NCBI GenBank assembly: GCA_902515565.1
Contig: CABXVR010000005.1
Coordinates: 7,745-71,744 of the forward strand
Direction of reading: 5' to 3'
Length of the DNA: 64,000 nucleotides
From: an uncultured Bacteroidota bacterium
GTDB lineage: Bacteria > Bacteroidota > Bacteroidia > Flavobacteriales > Flavobacteriaceae
Part shown: positions 1 through 9,555 of the stretch, in pieces
Position numbering within the stretch: position 1 is the stretch's first letter
Layout of the letters: each line of letters opens with the position of its first letter
Translations under genes and position numbers: made by a program
The notes under the pieces: model-generated
Seen by the model: only the letters and a program-made list of their open reading frames with translations
Told to the model about the DNA's origin: nothing
The model's database searches: none

Positions 1-701
1 ACAATAATTGGATCTGAATAAAGTTTATTAAATATTAACTTTATATCTTTTTTTTGAGCTTGAATTTCTAATTGATCATAAGTATTTTTAATAAGCTCAA
101 TTATATCAAATGAATCTTGATCTAAATTTAAAGTTCCCGATTCTAACTTTGTAATCATATCTAAATCTTTAATAATATAGATTAACCTCTCAACGCTTAT
201 TTTGGCCCTATTTAAAAACTTATCTCTAACTAAATTATCATCTATAGCTCCATCAATAAGGTTTTCAACATATCCCTGAATAGTAAATATTGGAGTTTTT
301 AACTCATGTGCAACGTTTCCAATAAACTCTTTTCTAAATTCTTCTCTAACCTTTAGAGATTCTATTTCTAATTTATTAACCTTACTGATTTCACTAATAT
401 TTTGTAATAACGATTTCATATCTGTTGTAATTTCAGTCTTAGAGAGTGAAATCGAATCAATTAAATTTAATTCTTTATATAAATTTTTAATTTTTAAATA
501 AATAAATACTTCTATTCTTGACTGAATTATTAAAAAAGAAATAACAAACACTAATACTATTATAAAAATGAGTTCAAAATATAAATAACTCAGTGAAGGC
601 TCAATCCAAAGAATAGAACCAAGAATTAGTAAAATAACTAAAGAAATTGCAAAAGAGGTCTTAAATGCAAATGAATATGAATTTTTAAATTTAAAGGACA
701 T
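1..701 (-). CDS. Sensor histidine kinase, N-terminal part only (C-terminus lies beyond window start)
   Basis: Absent from the ORF track because it runs off the window. My minus-strand translation from ATG 701..699 gives MSFKFKNSYSFAFKTSFAISLVILLILGSILW, a second hydrophobic segment, then the H-box FIGNVAHELKTPIFTIQGYVENL (HisKA). The ATG overlaps the stop of the upstream response regulator (TAATG). Confidence 0.8.
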   Translation of the reverse strand, partial: MSFKFKNSYSFAFKTSFAISLVILLILGSILWIEPSLSYLYFELIFIIVLVFVISFLIIQSRIEVFIYLKIKNLYKELNLIDSISLSKTEITTDMKSLLQNISEISKVNKLEIESLKVREEFRKEFIGNVAHELKTPIFTIQGYVENLIDGAIDDNLVRDKFLNRAKISVERLIYIIKDLDMITKLESGTLNLDQDSFDIIELIKNTYDQLEIQAQKKDIKLIFNKLYSDPII

Positions 702-1378
702 TAGCTTACAAACTTATACCCAACACCTTTTATAGTTTTAAACGAAGAGTCTCCAATTTTTTCTCTTAATTTTCTGATATGTACGTCAATAGTTCTATCT
801 CCAACTATAACGTCATTACCCCAAACGATATCTAAAATCTTACCCCTTGTAAAAACTGTGTTAGGACTTGATGTTAACAAATATAGTAATTCAAATTCCT
901 TTCTGGGTAAGGAGATGTCAATACCTTTAAGTTTAACAGTATATTTTGATCGATCAATAATTAAATCGTTTATCTGAATTATTGTTTGATTATCTCCAGA
1001 ATTTTTTCTGCGCAAAAGGGCTTTAACTTTACTTAATAATACTTTTGGTTTTATAGGCTTAGTAATATAGTCATCAGCGCCAGCTTCAAATCCAGCGATT
1101 TTAGAAAAATCTTCAGATCTAGCGGATAAAAAAGTAATAATTACATCTTTTAAATTATTAGATTTTCTGATACGGTTACATGCTTCAATCCCATTCATTT
1201 TAGGCATCATAACGTCCATAATGATTAAATCTGGAATAATTTTTTCAGCGATTTCAATGGCCTCTAAGCCATTATTTGCTTTATAAATTTTAAATCCACC
1301 AGATTCAAGTGAGTAAGATAAAATTTCTAATATATCTGGCTCATCATCAACCAATAAAATTTTATAAACCATATTCAA
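701..1378 (-). CDS. OmpR/PhoB-family response regulator
   Basis: Receiver domain (LLVDDEPDILE, IIMDVMMPKMNG, ITKP) followed by a winged-helix output domain (RTIDVHIRKLREKI, GVGYKF). Confidence 0.9.
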   Translation of the reverse strand: MNMVYKILLVDDEPDILEILSYSLESGGFKIYKANNGLEAIEIAEKIIPDLIIMDVMMPKMNGIEACNRIRKSNNLKDVIITFLSARSEDFSKIAGFEAGADDYITKPIKPKVLLSKVKALLRRKNSGDNQTIIQINDLIIDRSKYTVKLKGIDISLPRKEFELLYLLTSSPNTVFTRGKILDIVWGNDVIVGDRTIDVHIRKLREKIGDSSFKTIKGVGYKFVS

Positions 1379-1513
1379 AGCTGTGTATTATTTACAAATA
1401 TATGAAGTAAATACTATTGTAAATAAAAATAATTAAATGATAACAATATGAGAACATTAAATAAATGTTCAATTCTTGTAACGATATATATTATTTTAAA
1501 TACTTTTGAATAT

Positions 1514-2485
1514 ATGATAAACATTAAGGATATTTTTAAAATAAAAAGTGAAGATGAATTTGAATTAATGGCAAATAAAATATTTGAATTTCAATTTAAT
1601 AACAATAATATCTATAGATCATTTTGTGATTTAATTAATAAAAGCCCGTCTGATGTTACAAATTCAAAACAAATACCTTTCTTACCCATTAAGTTTTTTA
1701 AATCTCATAAAGTTATAAGTTCTAATAAATCCATAGAAAAGACATTTATTAGTAGTGGTACTACAAAAACTAATTTTAGCAAACACTATATAATGGATCT
1801 CAAAGTCTATGAATCTAGTTTTGAAAATTCATTTGAATATTTTTTTGGCGATATTAAGGAGTATACAATTTTGGCTTTACTACCTTCATATTTAGAGAAT
1901 AAGAATTCATCATTAATTTATATGATAGATAAATTAATATTAAAAACCGATAATAAAAATAGTGGTTTTTATCTCAACAATTATGATGAATTAAGAGAGA
2001 AATTAATATCTCTAAAAAATCAAAAGGTTTTATTGTTTGGCGTCACTTTTGCATTGTTAAATTTATTAGAGAAATTTACGTTTCAATTACCCAATCTGAC
2101 TGTAATAGAAACTGGTGGAATGAAAGGTAGAAGAAAAGAAATAATTAGAGAAGAACTCCATTTAATAATAAAACAAGGCTTTGGTACTAATCAAGTATGT
2201 AGTGAATATGGGATGACTGAGTTACTTTCACAAGCGTATTCACAAAAGAATGGAATTTTTAAGTGTCCACCGTGGATGAAAATACTAATTAGAGAACCTC
2301 AAGATGCTTTATCTTTTAAAAATAATGGTTCAACTGGCGGAATTAACATAATTGATTTAGCAAATATTAATTCTTGTTCTTTTATAGCTACTGATGATTT
2401 GGGTAGAACTAAAAATAAAAATGAATTTGAAATATTAGGCAGGTTTGATAATACAGATGTTCGTGGTTGCAACCAAATGGTTTAA
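1514..2485 (+). CDS. LuxE/PaaK-like acyl-protein synthetase (adenylate-forming) family protein
   Basis: Motifs SSGTTKT, YGMTEL and ETGGMKGRRKE resemble adenylate-forming LuxE/F390-synthetase-like enzymes. The ORF opens at 1448, but the first 22 codons are hydrophobic and low-complexity, so the Met at 1514 (MINIKDIF) is the more plausible start. Confidence 0.6.
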   Translation: MINIKDIFKIKSEDEFELMANKIFEFQFNNNNIYRSFCDLINKSPSDVTNSKQIPFLPIKFFKSHKVISSNKSIEKTFISSGTTKTNFSKHYIMDLKVYESSFENSFEYFFGDIKEYTILALLPSYLENKNSSLIYMIDKLILKTDNKNSGFYLNNYDELREKLISLKNQKVLLFGVTFALLNLLEKFTFQLPNLTVIETGGMKGRRKEIIREELHLIIKQGFGTNQVCSEYGMTELLSQAYSQKNGIFKCPPWMKILIREPQDALSFKNNGSTGGINIIDLANINSCSFIATDDLGRTKNKNEFEILGRFDNTDVRGCNQMV

Positions 2486-2489
2486 GTTT

Positions 2490-3782
2490 TTATATAAACT
2501 TTATTATGTATGTATTTCTTTTACCTTTATTAATTATTACGTATTTGTCGTTAATCAAATCTTTAGTTTGAATTAAATAATCCTCTTTGACTTTAGATTT
2601 ATTAATCGAAACTGAATTTTCTTTAATTGCCCTTCTTGCTTCTGAATTTGAATTTAAAAAATCTGTTTTGGATGATAATGCAGATATCATATCAACTCCA
2701 TTTAATAAATCGGCTTTATTCATTTCTACAAATGGCACACCTTCAAATACTTCTAAAAAAGTGCTTTCATCAATAAGTTCAATGTCTTGTTTAAATGTCT
2801 TGCTATACAATATTGAAGAGGCCTGCTCAGCTTTTTTAAATGAATTTATAGAATGAACAATAATTGTTATTTCTTTGGCTAAAACTTTTTGAAGTGATCT
2901 TTTATGAGGCTCTAATTTATGCGTTTTAATAAGATTATTAATTTCTTCCTTACTTAAAAAAGTAAATATTTTTATATATTTTTCAGCATCTAAATCACTT
3001 GTATTTAACCAATACTGATAAAATTTAAATACTGAAGTTTTATTAGGGTCTAACCAAATATTTCCTCCTTCAGTTTTACCAAATTTTGAGCCATCAGATT
3101 TAGTAATGAGTGGGCAAGTTAATGCAAATCCTTTTCCTGAATCTACTCTTCTTATTAACTCTGTTCCTGTTGTAATATTACCCCATTGATCACTACCACC
3201 CATTTGAATTGTACAATTATAATTTTTATACAAATGTAAAAAATCATATCCTTGAACTAGCTGATAAGTAAACTCTGTAAAACTCATTCCAGAGGAAGAT
3301 TCAGATGAAATTCTATTTTTAACAGAATCTTTAGACATCATATAGTTGACAGAAATATGCTTTCCTATATCACGAATAAATTCTAACAGAGTGAATTTAC
3401 TCATCCAATCAAAATTATTGAGAATTAATGCACTGTTTTTTTCATTGGATTCAAAATTCAAAAAATGAGACAACTGTTTTTTTATTGCTTTTTGATTTTT
3501 AGATAATATTTTTTCATCTAATAAATTTCTCTCAGAGGATTTTCCAGATGGATCCCCAATCATACCTGTTGCACCACCAATTAAAACGATAGGCTTGTGA
3601 CCAGATCGTTGAAAATGGGCTAGTAGCATGATAGGCACAAGGCTTCCAATATGAAGAGAATCAGAAGTTGGATCGAATCCAGTGTAAGAAACTCTACATG
3701 AATCGTTTAAATGATCATTAATCCCAGGCATTTCATCATGAATCATCCCTCTCCATCTAATTTCTTCAATAAAATTTTTCAT
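2490..3782 (-). CDS. tyrS: Tyrosine--tRNA ligase
   Basis: Class I aaRS with HIGH-type motif (LHIGSL), KMSKS-type motif (KFGKT) and a C-terminal S4-like domain. Length of 430 aa is typical. Confidence 0.93.
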   Translation of the reverse strand: MKNFIEEIRWRGMIHDEMPGINDHLNDSCRVSYTGFDPTSDSLHIGSLVPIMLLAHFQRSGHKPIVLIGGATGMIGDPSGKSSERNLLDEKILSKNQKAIKKQLSHFLNFESNEKNSALILNNFDWMSKFTLLEFIRDIGKHISVNYMMSKDSVKNRISSESSSGMSFTEFTYQLVQGYDFLHLYKNYNCTIQMGGSDQWGNITTGTELIRRVDSGKGFALTCPLITKSDGSKFGKTEGGNIWLDPNKTSVFKFYQYWLNTSDLDAEKYIKIFTFLSKEEINNLIKTHKLEPHKRSLQKVLAKEITIIVHSINSFKKAEQASSILYSKTFKQDIELIDESTFLEVFEGVPFVEMNKADLLNGVDMISALSSKTDFLNSNSEARRAIKENSVSINKSKVKEDYLIQTKDLINDKYVIINKGKRNTYIIKFI

Positions 3783-3825
3783 CTGTTATTCAATGTTTAT
3801 GGCAAAATATAAAAAATAAGCAATA

Positions 3826-4299
3826 CTAATTTGTATTAATTAATTTTATTTTGGAAATACTATCTATTTTAATAGTGTCAATTAATATTTTATTTTTTTT
3901 ACTTTCTTTGATTAATTTTTTACTCATTTCACCCGAAATCTGTTTTAATATTTCAATACTATCACTAATGATTTTTTTATTTTTTTCAAGTTTAATTTTT
4001 ACATTATCATAAATTGTTTGATAAGTTTTTAAATCATAAGAATAGTATTCATTACTCTTTGCAAATAACATACTGTCTATGGAGTGTTTGTTAAAGAGAT
4101 ATTGCTCAGGTATGATACCATTATTTTCTAAAATACTTTTATTAACCCCTTTGGCTACATTGATCAATGTCATATCATAAATAATATCAACCATTTTTTC
4201 TTTAGAAATTAAATTCTCTGGTGGTTTATTATTTTGATTAAGCGTGTTGTTACAACTAAAGACTAAGCACAAAATAATTATACGTTGTAATTTATTCAT
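3826..4299 (-). CDS. DUF4296-like lipoprotein
   Basis: Signal peptide with lipobox Cys (LVFSCNN). The ISKEKMVDIIYDMTLINVA pattern is typical of Bacteroidota DUF4296. Shares an ATGA overlap with pyrC. Confidence 0.6.
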   Translation of the reverse strand: MNKLQRIIILCLVFSCNNTLNQNNKPPENLISKEKMVDIIYDMTLINVAKGVNKSILENNGIIPEQYLFNKHSIDSMLFAKSNEYYSYDLKTYQTIYDNVKIKLEKNKKIISDSIEILKQISGEMSKKLIKESKKNKILIDTIKIDSISKIKLINTN

Positions 4300-5636
4300 C
4301 TTTCAAATGTTAGTCTTTTACCTCTTGTTTCATTAAGAAAAGAAGTGTTTTTGTATATCAAATTCCCATTTATAATTGTATGTGAAATTCTAGATTTAAA
4401 CGATTTTCCCTCAAAAGGGGACCAACCGCATTTATATAAAATATTCTCCTTGTTGACAGTCCAAGGATTATTTAAATTAAAAATAACCAAATCAGCAAAA
4501 TAACCCTTTCTAATATATCCTCTTTTTTCAATTTGAAAAAGAATAGCTGGATTATGACACATTTTCTCAACAATCTTTTCAAGAGATATTTTATTGTTGT
4601 GGTAAGCCTCTAGCATTGCTGGTAATGCGTGCTGTACAAGTGGTCCTCCAGATGGACAATTCAAATATTTAGATTTCTTTTCCTCCTCAGTATGAGGAGC
4701 GTGGTCAGTTGCAATCACATCAATTCGATCATCTAATAATGCGTTCCAAAGAGCATCTCTGTCACTTGAACTTTTAACAGCAGGGTTCCACTTTATTTTT
4801 GAACCATATTCATCGTAATCTGAATCAGAAAACCACAAATGATGAATGCAGACTTCTGAGGTGATTTTTTTATCTTTTAATTTTTCCTTATTTGAAAACA
4901 ATTTAGTCTCTTCAGCAGTTGAAAGATGAAACACATGTAATCTAGCACCAGTTTTTTTAGCTAATTTTATAGCGTTTGAAGATGATATGTAACAAGCTTC
5001 TCTACTTCTAATTAAAGGGTGAGAATTCATTGGAATATCTTCACCATACTTATCTTTGAACAATTTTAGATTCTCTTTAATTGTTGATTCATCTTCACAA
5101 TGAACTGCGATAAGCATATTTGTCTGAGAGAATATTTTTTCTAAAATATCTAAATCGTCAACTAGCATATTACCTGTAGAGGAACCTAAAAACAATTTCA
5201 ATGCAGCTACATTTTTAGTATCAACTTTTAGAATTTCATCTAAATTATCATTTGTTCCTCCAAACATAAATGAATAATTTGCCAATGAATCTTTTGATGC
5301 TATTTCAAATTTTTTGTCCAATTCTAATAAAGTTGTAGCCTGAGGTTTTGTATTAGGCATTTCAATAAATGAAGTTATACCACCCGCAACAGCTGCTTTT
5401 GATTCAGATTTAATATCAGCTTTGTGTGTCAATCCAGGTTCTCTAAAATGTACTTGATCATCTATAATCCCAGGCATTACGAAATTATTTTCAGCATCAA
5501 TAATTTGAATAGATGATGATTTTAAACTTATAGATTTAGACACTTCTTTTATCATTTCATTTTCGATAAAAATATCAGAACTAATAATTTTACCTTCATT
5601 AATTATTCTTGCATTTTTAATTAAAATCTGGTTCAT
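4296..5636 (-). CDS. pyrC: Dihydroorotase (long amidohydrolase type)
   Basis: Amidohydrolase metal-site motifs are present: DDQVHFREPG, ALKLFLGSS, AVHCED, HVFHLS, ATDHAPH. Confidence 0.85.
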   Translation of the reverse strand: MNQILIKNARIINEGKIISSDIFIENEMIKEVSKSISLKSSSIQIIDAENNFVMPGIIDDQVHFREPGLTHKADIKSESKAAVAGGITSFIEMPNTKPQATTLLELDKKFEIASKDSLANYSFMFGGTNDNLDEILKVDTKNVAALKLFLGSSTGNMLVDDLDILEKIFSQTNMLIAVHCEDESTIKENLKLFKDKYGEDIPMNSHPLIRSREACYISSSNAIKLAKKTGARLHVFHLSTAEETKLFSNKEKLKDKKITSEVCIHHLWFSDSDYDEYGSKIKWNPAVKSSSDRDALWNALLDDRIDVIATDHAPHTEEEKKSKYLNCPSGGPLVQHALPAMLEAYHNNKISLEKIVEKMCHNPAILFQIEKRGYIRKGYFADLVIFNLNNPWTVNKENILYKCGWSPFEGKSFKSRISHTIINGNLIYKNTSFLNETRGKRLTFER

Positions 5637-5639
5637 TAT

Positions 5640-6368
5640 CTAAAATTTAATATTAAATATTTTTTTAATTCTCATTGCTATTACTCCAAATATAGCTTCA
5701 GAAATTATACTGCCATTTAATTTTGAAATACCAAATTTTCTATCTGAAAAAATTATTGGCACTTCAATTATCTTAAAATTTTTTAAATATGATTTATATT
5801 TCATTTCAATTTGAAAAGCATATCCTGTAAACTTAATATTATCTAAATCAATTGACTCTAAAACTAATTTTTTATAACATATATATCCTGATGTTGAATC
5901 TTTAATATTCATTCTAGTTATTAGTTGAACATATAAAGACGCAGTGTAAGATAAAATTATCCTGCTCAAGGGCCAATTAACAACATTGATCCCATTTATA
6001 TATCTCGAACCTATAGAAATGTCATAATTATTTTCCAACATTGGTTCTAAAATTCTTTTAATGTCTTTAGGATTGTGGGATAAGTCTGCATCCATCTCGA
6101 ACACATAATTAAATTTCTTTTTCAAAGCCCATTTAAAACCGGCTACATATGCAGTTCCAAGACCTTCTTTTTTTAATCTTTTCAATAAAAATAATTGATC
6201 TTTAAATTTTAACTTTAAATCCTCTACTTTTTTGAACGTTAAATCTGGAGAGTTATCATCAACAATTAAAATGTTTATTGTTGGATATAGGTTAATAGTA
6301 GAAATAATAATGTTTTCAATGTTTTCAATTTCGTTATATGTGGGGATAATAATTAAAACATCCTTCAT
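5640..6368 (-). CDS. GT2 polyprenol-phosphate mannosyltransferase-like glycosyltransferase
   Basis: GT2 fold with IIIPTYNE, VDDNSPD and MDADLSH (DxD-type) motifs, resembling dolichol/polyprenol-P mannose synthases. Confidence 0.8.
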   Translation of the reverse strand: MKDVLIIIPTYNEIENIENIIISTINLYPTINILIVDDNSPDLTFKKVEDLKLKFKDQLFLLKRLKKEGLGTAYVAGFKWALKKKFNYVFEMDADLSHNPKDIKRILEPMLENNYDISIGSRYINGINVVNWPLSRIILSYTASLYVQLITRMNIKDSTSGYICYKKLVLESIDLDNIKFTGYAFQIEMKYKSYLKNFKIIEVPIIFSDRKFGISKLNGSIISEAIFGVIAMRIKKIFNIKF

Positions 6369-6440
6369 GAGTACATATTTTAGTAAAAATAGTTATTTAG
6401 TAGATTATTATTATACAATATTCTTCATAATTTAGCTTTA

Positions 6441-7088
6441 ATGATAAGAGACTATATTTTATTTGATGGATTTACAATTATCATATTATTAAATATAATA
6501 ATTGTAACACTTGCTAAAGCATTGAATAACTCTAAATTCAAACAATTTATTTTTATTTACTTAAACAATTCATATTTAAAATTTAGCACTAACAACAATA
6601 GTTTTTTTAGTAGTTTTAATAGTCTACTAAACATAAATTATCTCATTTCGTTAAGTGTATATATTTCTATTCTTTTGTCTTACAGTTCATCTGGTTTTAA
6701 TAATAATTTTGAAATATCAATATTTTTCAAAACATTACTTTTTGTTGCTATGTTTATTTACACAAAATACTTGTTTGAAATATTAGTAGGCTGGTCATTC
6801 AATATTAGAAAATTCATTATGGCTTTTAATTTACAAAAAAACAGCTTCAATAAATTAATTGGGATAATTATAATTTTATTTAATTCATTATCAATTTACA
6901 GTTTTCCAGGCTCAGTAACATTTATAAAAATTAGTATATTTTTTGTTATTTCACTATACCTAATTGGTCTTTATAAAGTGGTTAGATTAAATGATAATTT
7001 AATATTATCAAACATGTTTTATTTTATTTTGTATCTTTGCACTCTTGAAATTGTTCCTATTTTATTTTTTATAAATGAATTAATATAG
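6441..7088 (+). CDS. DUF4271-like polytopic membrane protein
   Basis: About 6 hydrophobic helices. Position directly upstream of the hemD-like gene, as I recall for other Bacteroidota. Confidence 0.55.
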   Translation: MIRDYILFDGFTIIILLNIIIVTLAKALNNSKFKQFIFIYLNNSYLKFSTNNNSFFSSFNSLLNINYLISLSVYISILLSYSSSGFNNNFEISIFFKTLLFVAMFIYTKYLFEILVGWSFNIRKFIMAFNLQKNSFNKLIGIIIILFNSLSIYSFPGSVTFIKISIFFVISLYLIGLYKVVRLNDNLILSNMFYFILYLCTLEIVPILFFINELI

Positions 7089-7113
7089 TTTCAAAGTCAA
7101 AAAGGTATACTAT

Positions 7114-7863
7114 ATGAAAGTTAAAACTATTCTTGTTTCTCAAACTAAACCTACAATACCTCACTCTCCTTTTTTTGAATTAGAAAAAAGTAGAAAAATC
7201 AAAATTGATTTTGAACCATTTATTCATGTAAAACCTGTTTCAGTAAAAGAAATTAGACTTCAAAAAATAGATTTAACAATGTTTACTGCAATTATTCTTA
7301 CTAGTAGATATGCAGTAGATCATTATTTCAGAGTTTGTGAAAAAATGAGATACAAGGTTCCAGATTCTATGAAATATTTCTGTCAATCTGAAGCAGTAGC
7401 TTTTTACTTACAGAAATATGTTGTTTACAGAAAAAGAAAAATTTATGTGGGTCAAAGAAAATTTGCTGATCTTTGCCCTTTAATTGAAAAGTATAATACT
7501 GAACGATTCTTACTTCCTACAACAGACAAATTAAAAGCTGAAGTTCCTAAATTACTCAACAAATTAGAAATTAATTGGAAACAATCTGTATTTTACAGAA
7601 CTGTCATTAGTGATTTGTCACATTTAGCAGATGTTTCTTATGATATTTTAGTTTTCTTCAGTCCAACTGGAATTCAATCTTTATTGCACAATTATCCAGA
7701 TTTTAAACAAAAAAATACAAGAATTGCTGCTTTCGGAGCTATTACTAAAAAAACGTGTGAGGAAAATGGTCTTGTAGTTGATATATCCGCCCCTTCTAAA
7801 AAATTCCCATCAATGACTATGGCACTTGATGATTACATCAAAAAAGTCAATAAGAAAAAATAA
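7114..7863 (+). CDS. Uroporphyrinogen-III synthase-like (HemD family) protein
   Basis: Length of 249 aa. The pattern ILVSQ...IILTSRYAVDHYF...LVFFSPTGIQSL matches HemD-like two-lobe proteins. Confidence 0.65.
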   Translation: MKVKTILVSQTKPTIPHSPFFELEKSRKIKIDFEPFIHVKPVSVKEIRLQKIDLTMFTAIILTSRYAVDHYFRVCEKMRYKVPDSMKYFCQSEAVAFYLQKYVVYRKRKIYVGQRKFADLCPLIEKYNTERFLLPTTDKLKAEVPKLLNKLEINWKQSVFYRTVISDLSHLADVSYDILVFFSPTGIQSLLHNYPDFKQKNTRIAAFGAITKKTCEENGLVVDISAPSKKFPSMTMALDDYIKKVNKKK

Positions 7864-7869
7864 ATTCTA

Positions 7870-9447
7870 TTATTTACCGTTTGGAGCTCCTGACATTATT
7901 TCATCATTTGAATAGGACTCAAACTGTTTAAAATTAGTTACAAATGAGTTTGCTAATTTATAAGCAGTTTTATAATAACTAATATCATCATTCCATGTTT
8001 TTCTTGGACTTAAAACAGAAGTGGGAACATTTGGACAAATTCTTGGCTGTCTTAAATTAAAAACAGAGTGAATATGATAATTATCTTTGTTAGCTTCTTC
8101 TAATTCACCACTTAAGGCAGCATTTATCATAGCTCTTGTATATTTTAACTCCATTCTTTTGCCTATTCCATAGGGACCACCTGTCCAACCAGTATTGACT
8201 AGCCAAACTCTAACTCCCGACTCATTGATTTTTTTTATCAACATTTGCGCATATTCGGCAGGGTGTAAAGGCATAAAAGGTGCTCCAAAACAAGCCGAAA
8301 AAGATGGTTGTGGTTCTATTACACCAGCTTCAGTTCCAGCAACCTTACTTGTATAGCCTGAAATAAAATGATAAGCAGCTTGACTAGATGTTAGTTTAGA
8401 TATTGGAGGCAATACACCAAAAGCATCAGCCGTAAGAAAAAAAATATTTTTAGGGGTACTACCAATTGACGGATATTTGATATTTTCAATAAAATTAATT
8501 GGATAACTAACTCTGGTATTTTGGGTAATAGAAGTGTCTGTAAAATCAACTATACCATTTTTATCAGCAATAATGTTTTCTAAAAGAGATCCTTTTTTAA
8601 TAGCCTTATAAATATCTGGTTCACTTTCTTTATTTAGATTTATAACTTTTGCATAACAACCTCCTTCAAAATTAAAAACTTGATTTTTACTCCAACCGTG
8701 CTCATCATCTCCTACTAACTGTCTATTTGGATCAGCAGAAAGTGTTGTCTTACCAGTCCCAGATAAACCAAAGAAAATTGCAGTATCCTCATCGTTACCT
8801 ACATTTGCACTACAATGCATAGGTAAAATATCTTGATTAACGGGAAGGATAAAGTTAAGTACAGAGAAGATAGATTTTTTAATTTCACCTGTATACCCTG
8901 TTCCGCCAATAATTATAATTTTTTTTGAAAAATTTATTATAGCAAAATTTTCACTTCTTGTTCCATCAATTTGTGGATTAGATTTAAATCCTGGCGCATT
9001 TATTAATAACCAGTCTTCTTGGAAGTTTTCAACAGATTTTTTATCTAATCTTAAAAACATGTTGTTAGCAAAAAAATCACTGCTAGGTAATTCGCAGATT
9101 GTTCTTACATTAAGTCTTGAAGACTCTAATGAACAAACATAACTGTCTCTGACGTACAAATCTTTTCCAAATAAATAATTGGTTATTTTCGAATATAATT
9201 TTTCAAAATAAGATTCAGCAATTGGAATGTTAATATCACCCCACCATACTTTATCTTTTGTGATTTTATCCTTAACAATATATCTGTCTTTTGGAGATCT
9301 TCCTGTAAATTTACCGGTATAAATAGATAACGCTCCGGAGTCAACAATAAATCCCTGTTTTTGATTAACTATAATTTCTTGTAACTTATCTACTGGTGTT
9401 TGATAGAAAGTATTAGACTTGTGTAATCCGTATTTATCTAAATTCAT
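7870..9447 (-). CDS. pckA: Phosphoenolpyruvate carboxykinase (ATP)
   Basis: Kinase-1a P-loop FFGLSGTGKTTLS plus GDDEHGW and GGCYAK motifs. Length of 525 aa is typical. Confidence 0.93.
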   Translation of the reverse strand: MNLDKYGLHKSNTFYQTPVDKLQEIIVNQKQGFIVDSGALSIYTGKFTGRSPKDRYIVKDKITKDKVWWGDINIPIAESYFEKLYSKITNYLFGKDLYVRDSYVCSLESSRLNVRTICELPSSDFFANNMFLRLDKKSVENFQEDWLLINAPGFKSNPQIDGTRSENFAIINFSKKIIIIGGTGYTGEIKKSIFSVLNFILPVNQDILPMHCSANVGNDEDTAIFFGLSGTGKTTLSADPNRQLVGDDEHGWSKNQVFNFEGGCYAKVINLNKESEPDIYKAIKKGSLLENIIADKNGIVDFTDTSITQNTRVSYPINFIENIKYPSIGSTPKNIFFLTADAFGVLPPISKLTSSQAAYHFISGYTSKVAGTEAGVIEPQPSFSACFGAPFMPLHPAEYAQMLIKKINESGVRVWLVNTGWTGGPYGIGKRMELKYTRAMINAALSGELEEANKDNYHIHSVFNLRQPRICPNVPTSVLSPRKTWNDDISYYKTAYKLANSFVTNFKQFESYSNDEIMSGAPNGK

Positions 9448-9555
9448 TTATTTTATTTAAATATACCTTTCAAATGTATGAATTTATTAAGAAAGCAAAT
9501 TATATAAAGACTTAAAAAATTAAAAAATTAAATTTATAGTATTACTTTTATCTTT

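Noticed and set aside
1448-1513. N-terminal extensions of track ORFs: the LuxE-like gene (1448..1513), sufA (56496..56537) and xth (40364..40384).
   Set aside because: The extensions are hydrophobic, AT-rich read-through of promoter regions; the sufA one contains the TATATTTG -7 box. Conserved family N-termini begin at the internal Met codons.
2587-2856. Antisense or out-of-frame track ORFs nested in well-supported genes. These are 2587..2856, 6232..6435, 9696..9911, 16037..16249, 18343..18546, 20873..21079, 22277..22492, 24520..24702, 32682..32882, 34868..35152, 37458..37643, 40197..40388, 43903..44121, 47558..47797, 47754..48002, 50274..50465, 51089..51298, 52539..52724, 52844..53113, 56160..56423, 57621..57848, 58028..58213, 58473..58829 and 60233..60484.
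   Set aside because: Each lies wholly or largely inside a gene with strong family motifs. Their translations are low-complexity Leu/Ile/Phe/Ser-rich strings typical of shadow frames in AT-rich DNA, and none has a recognisable motif.
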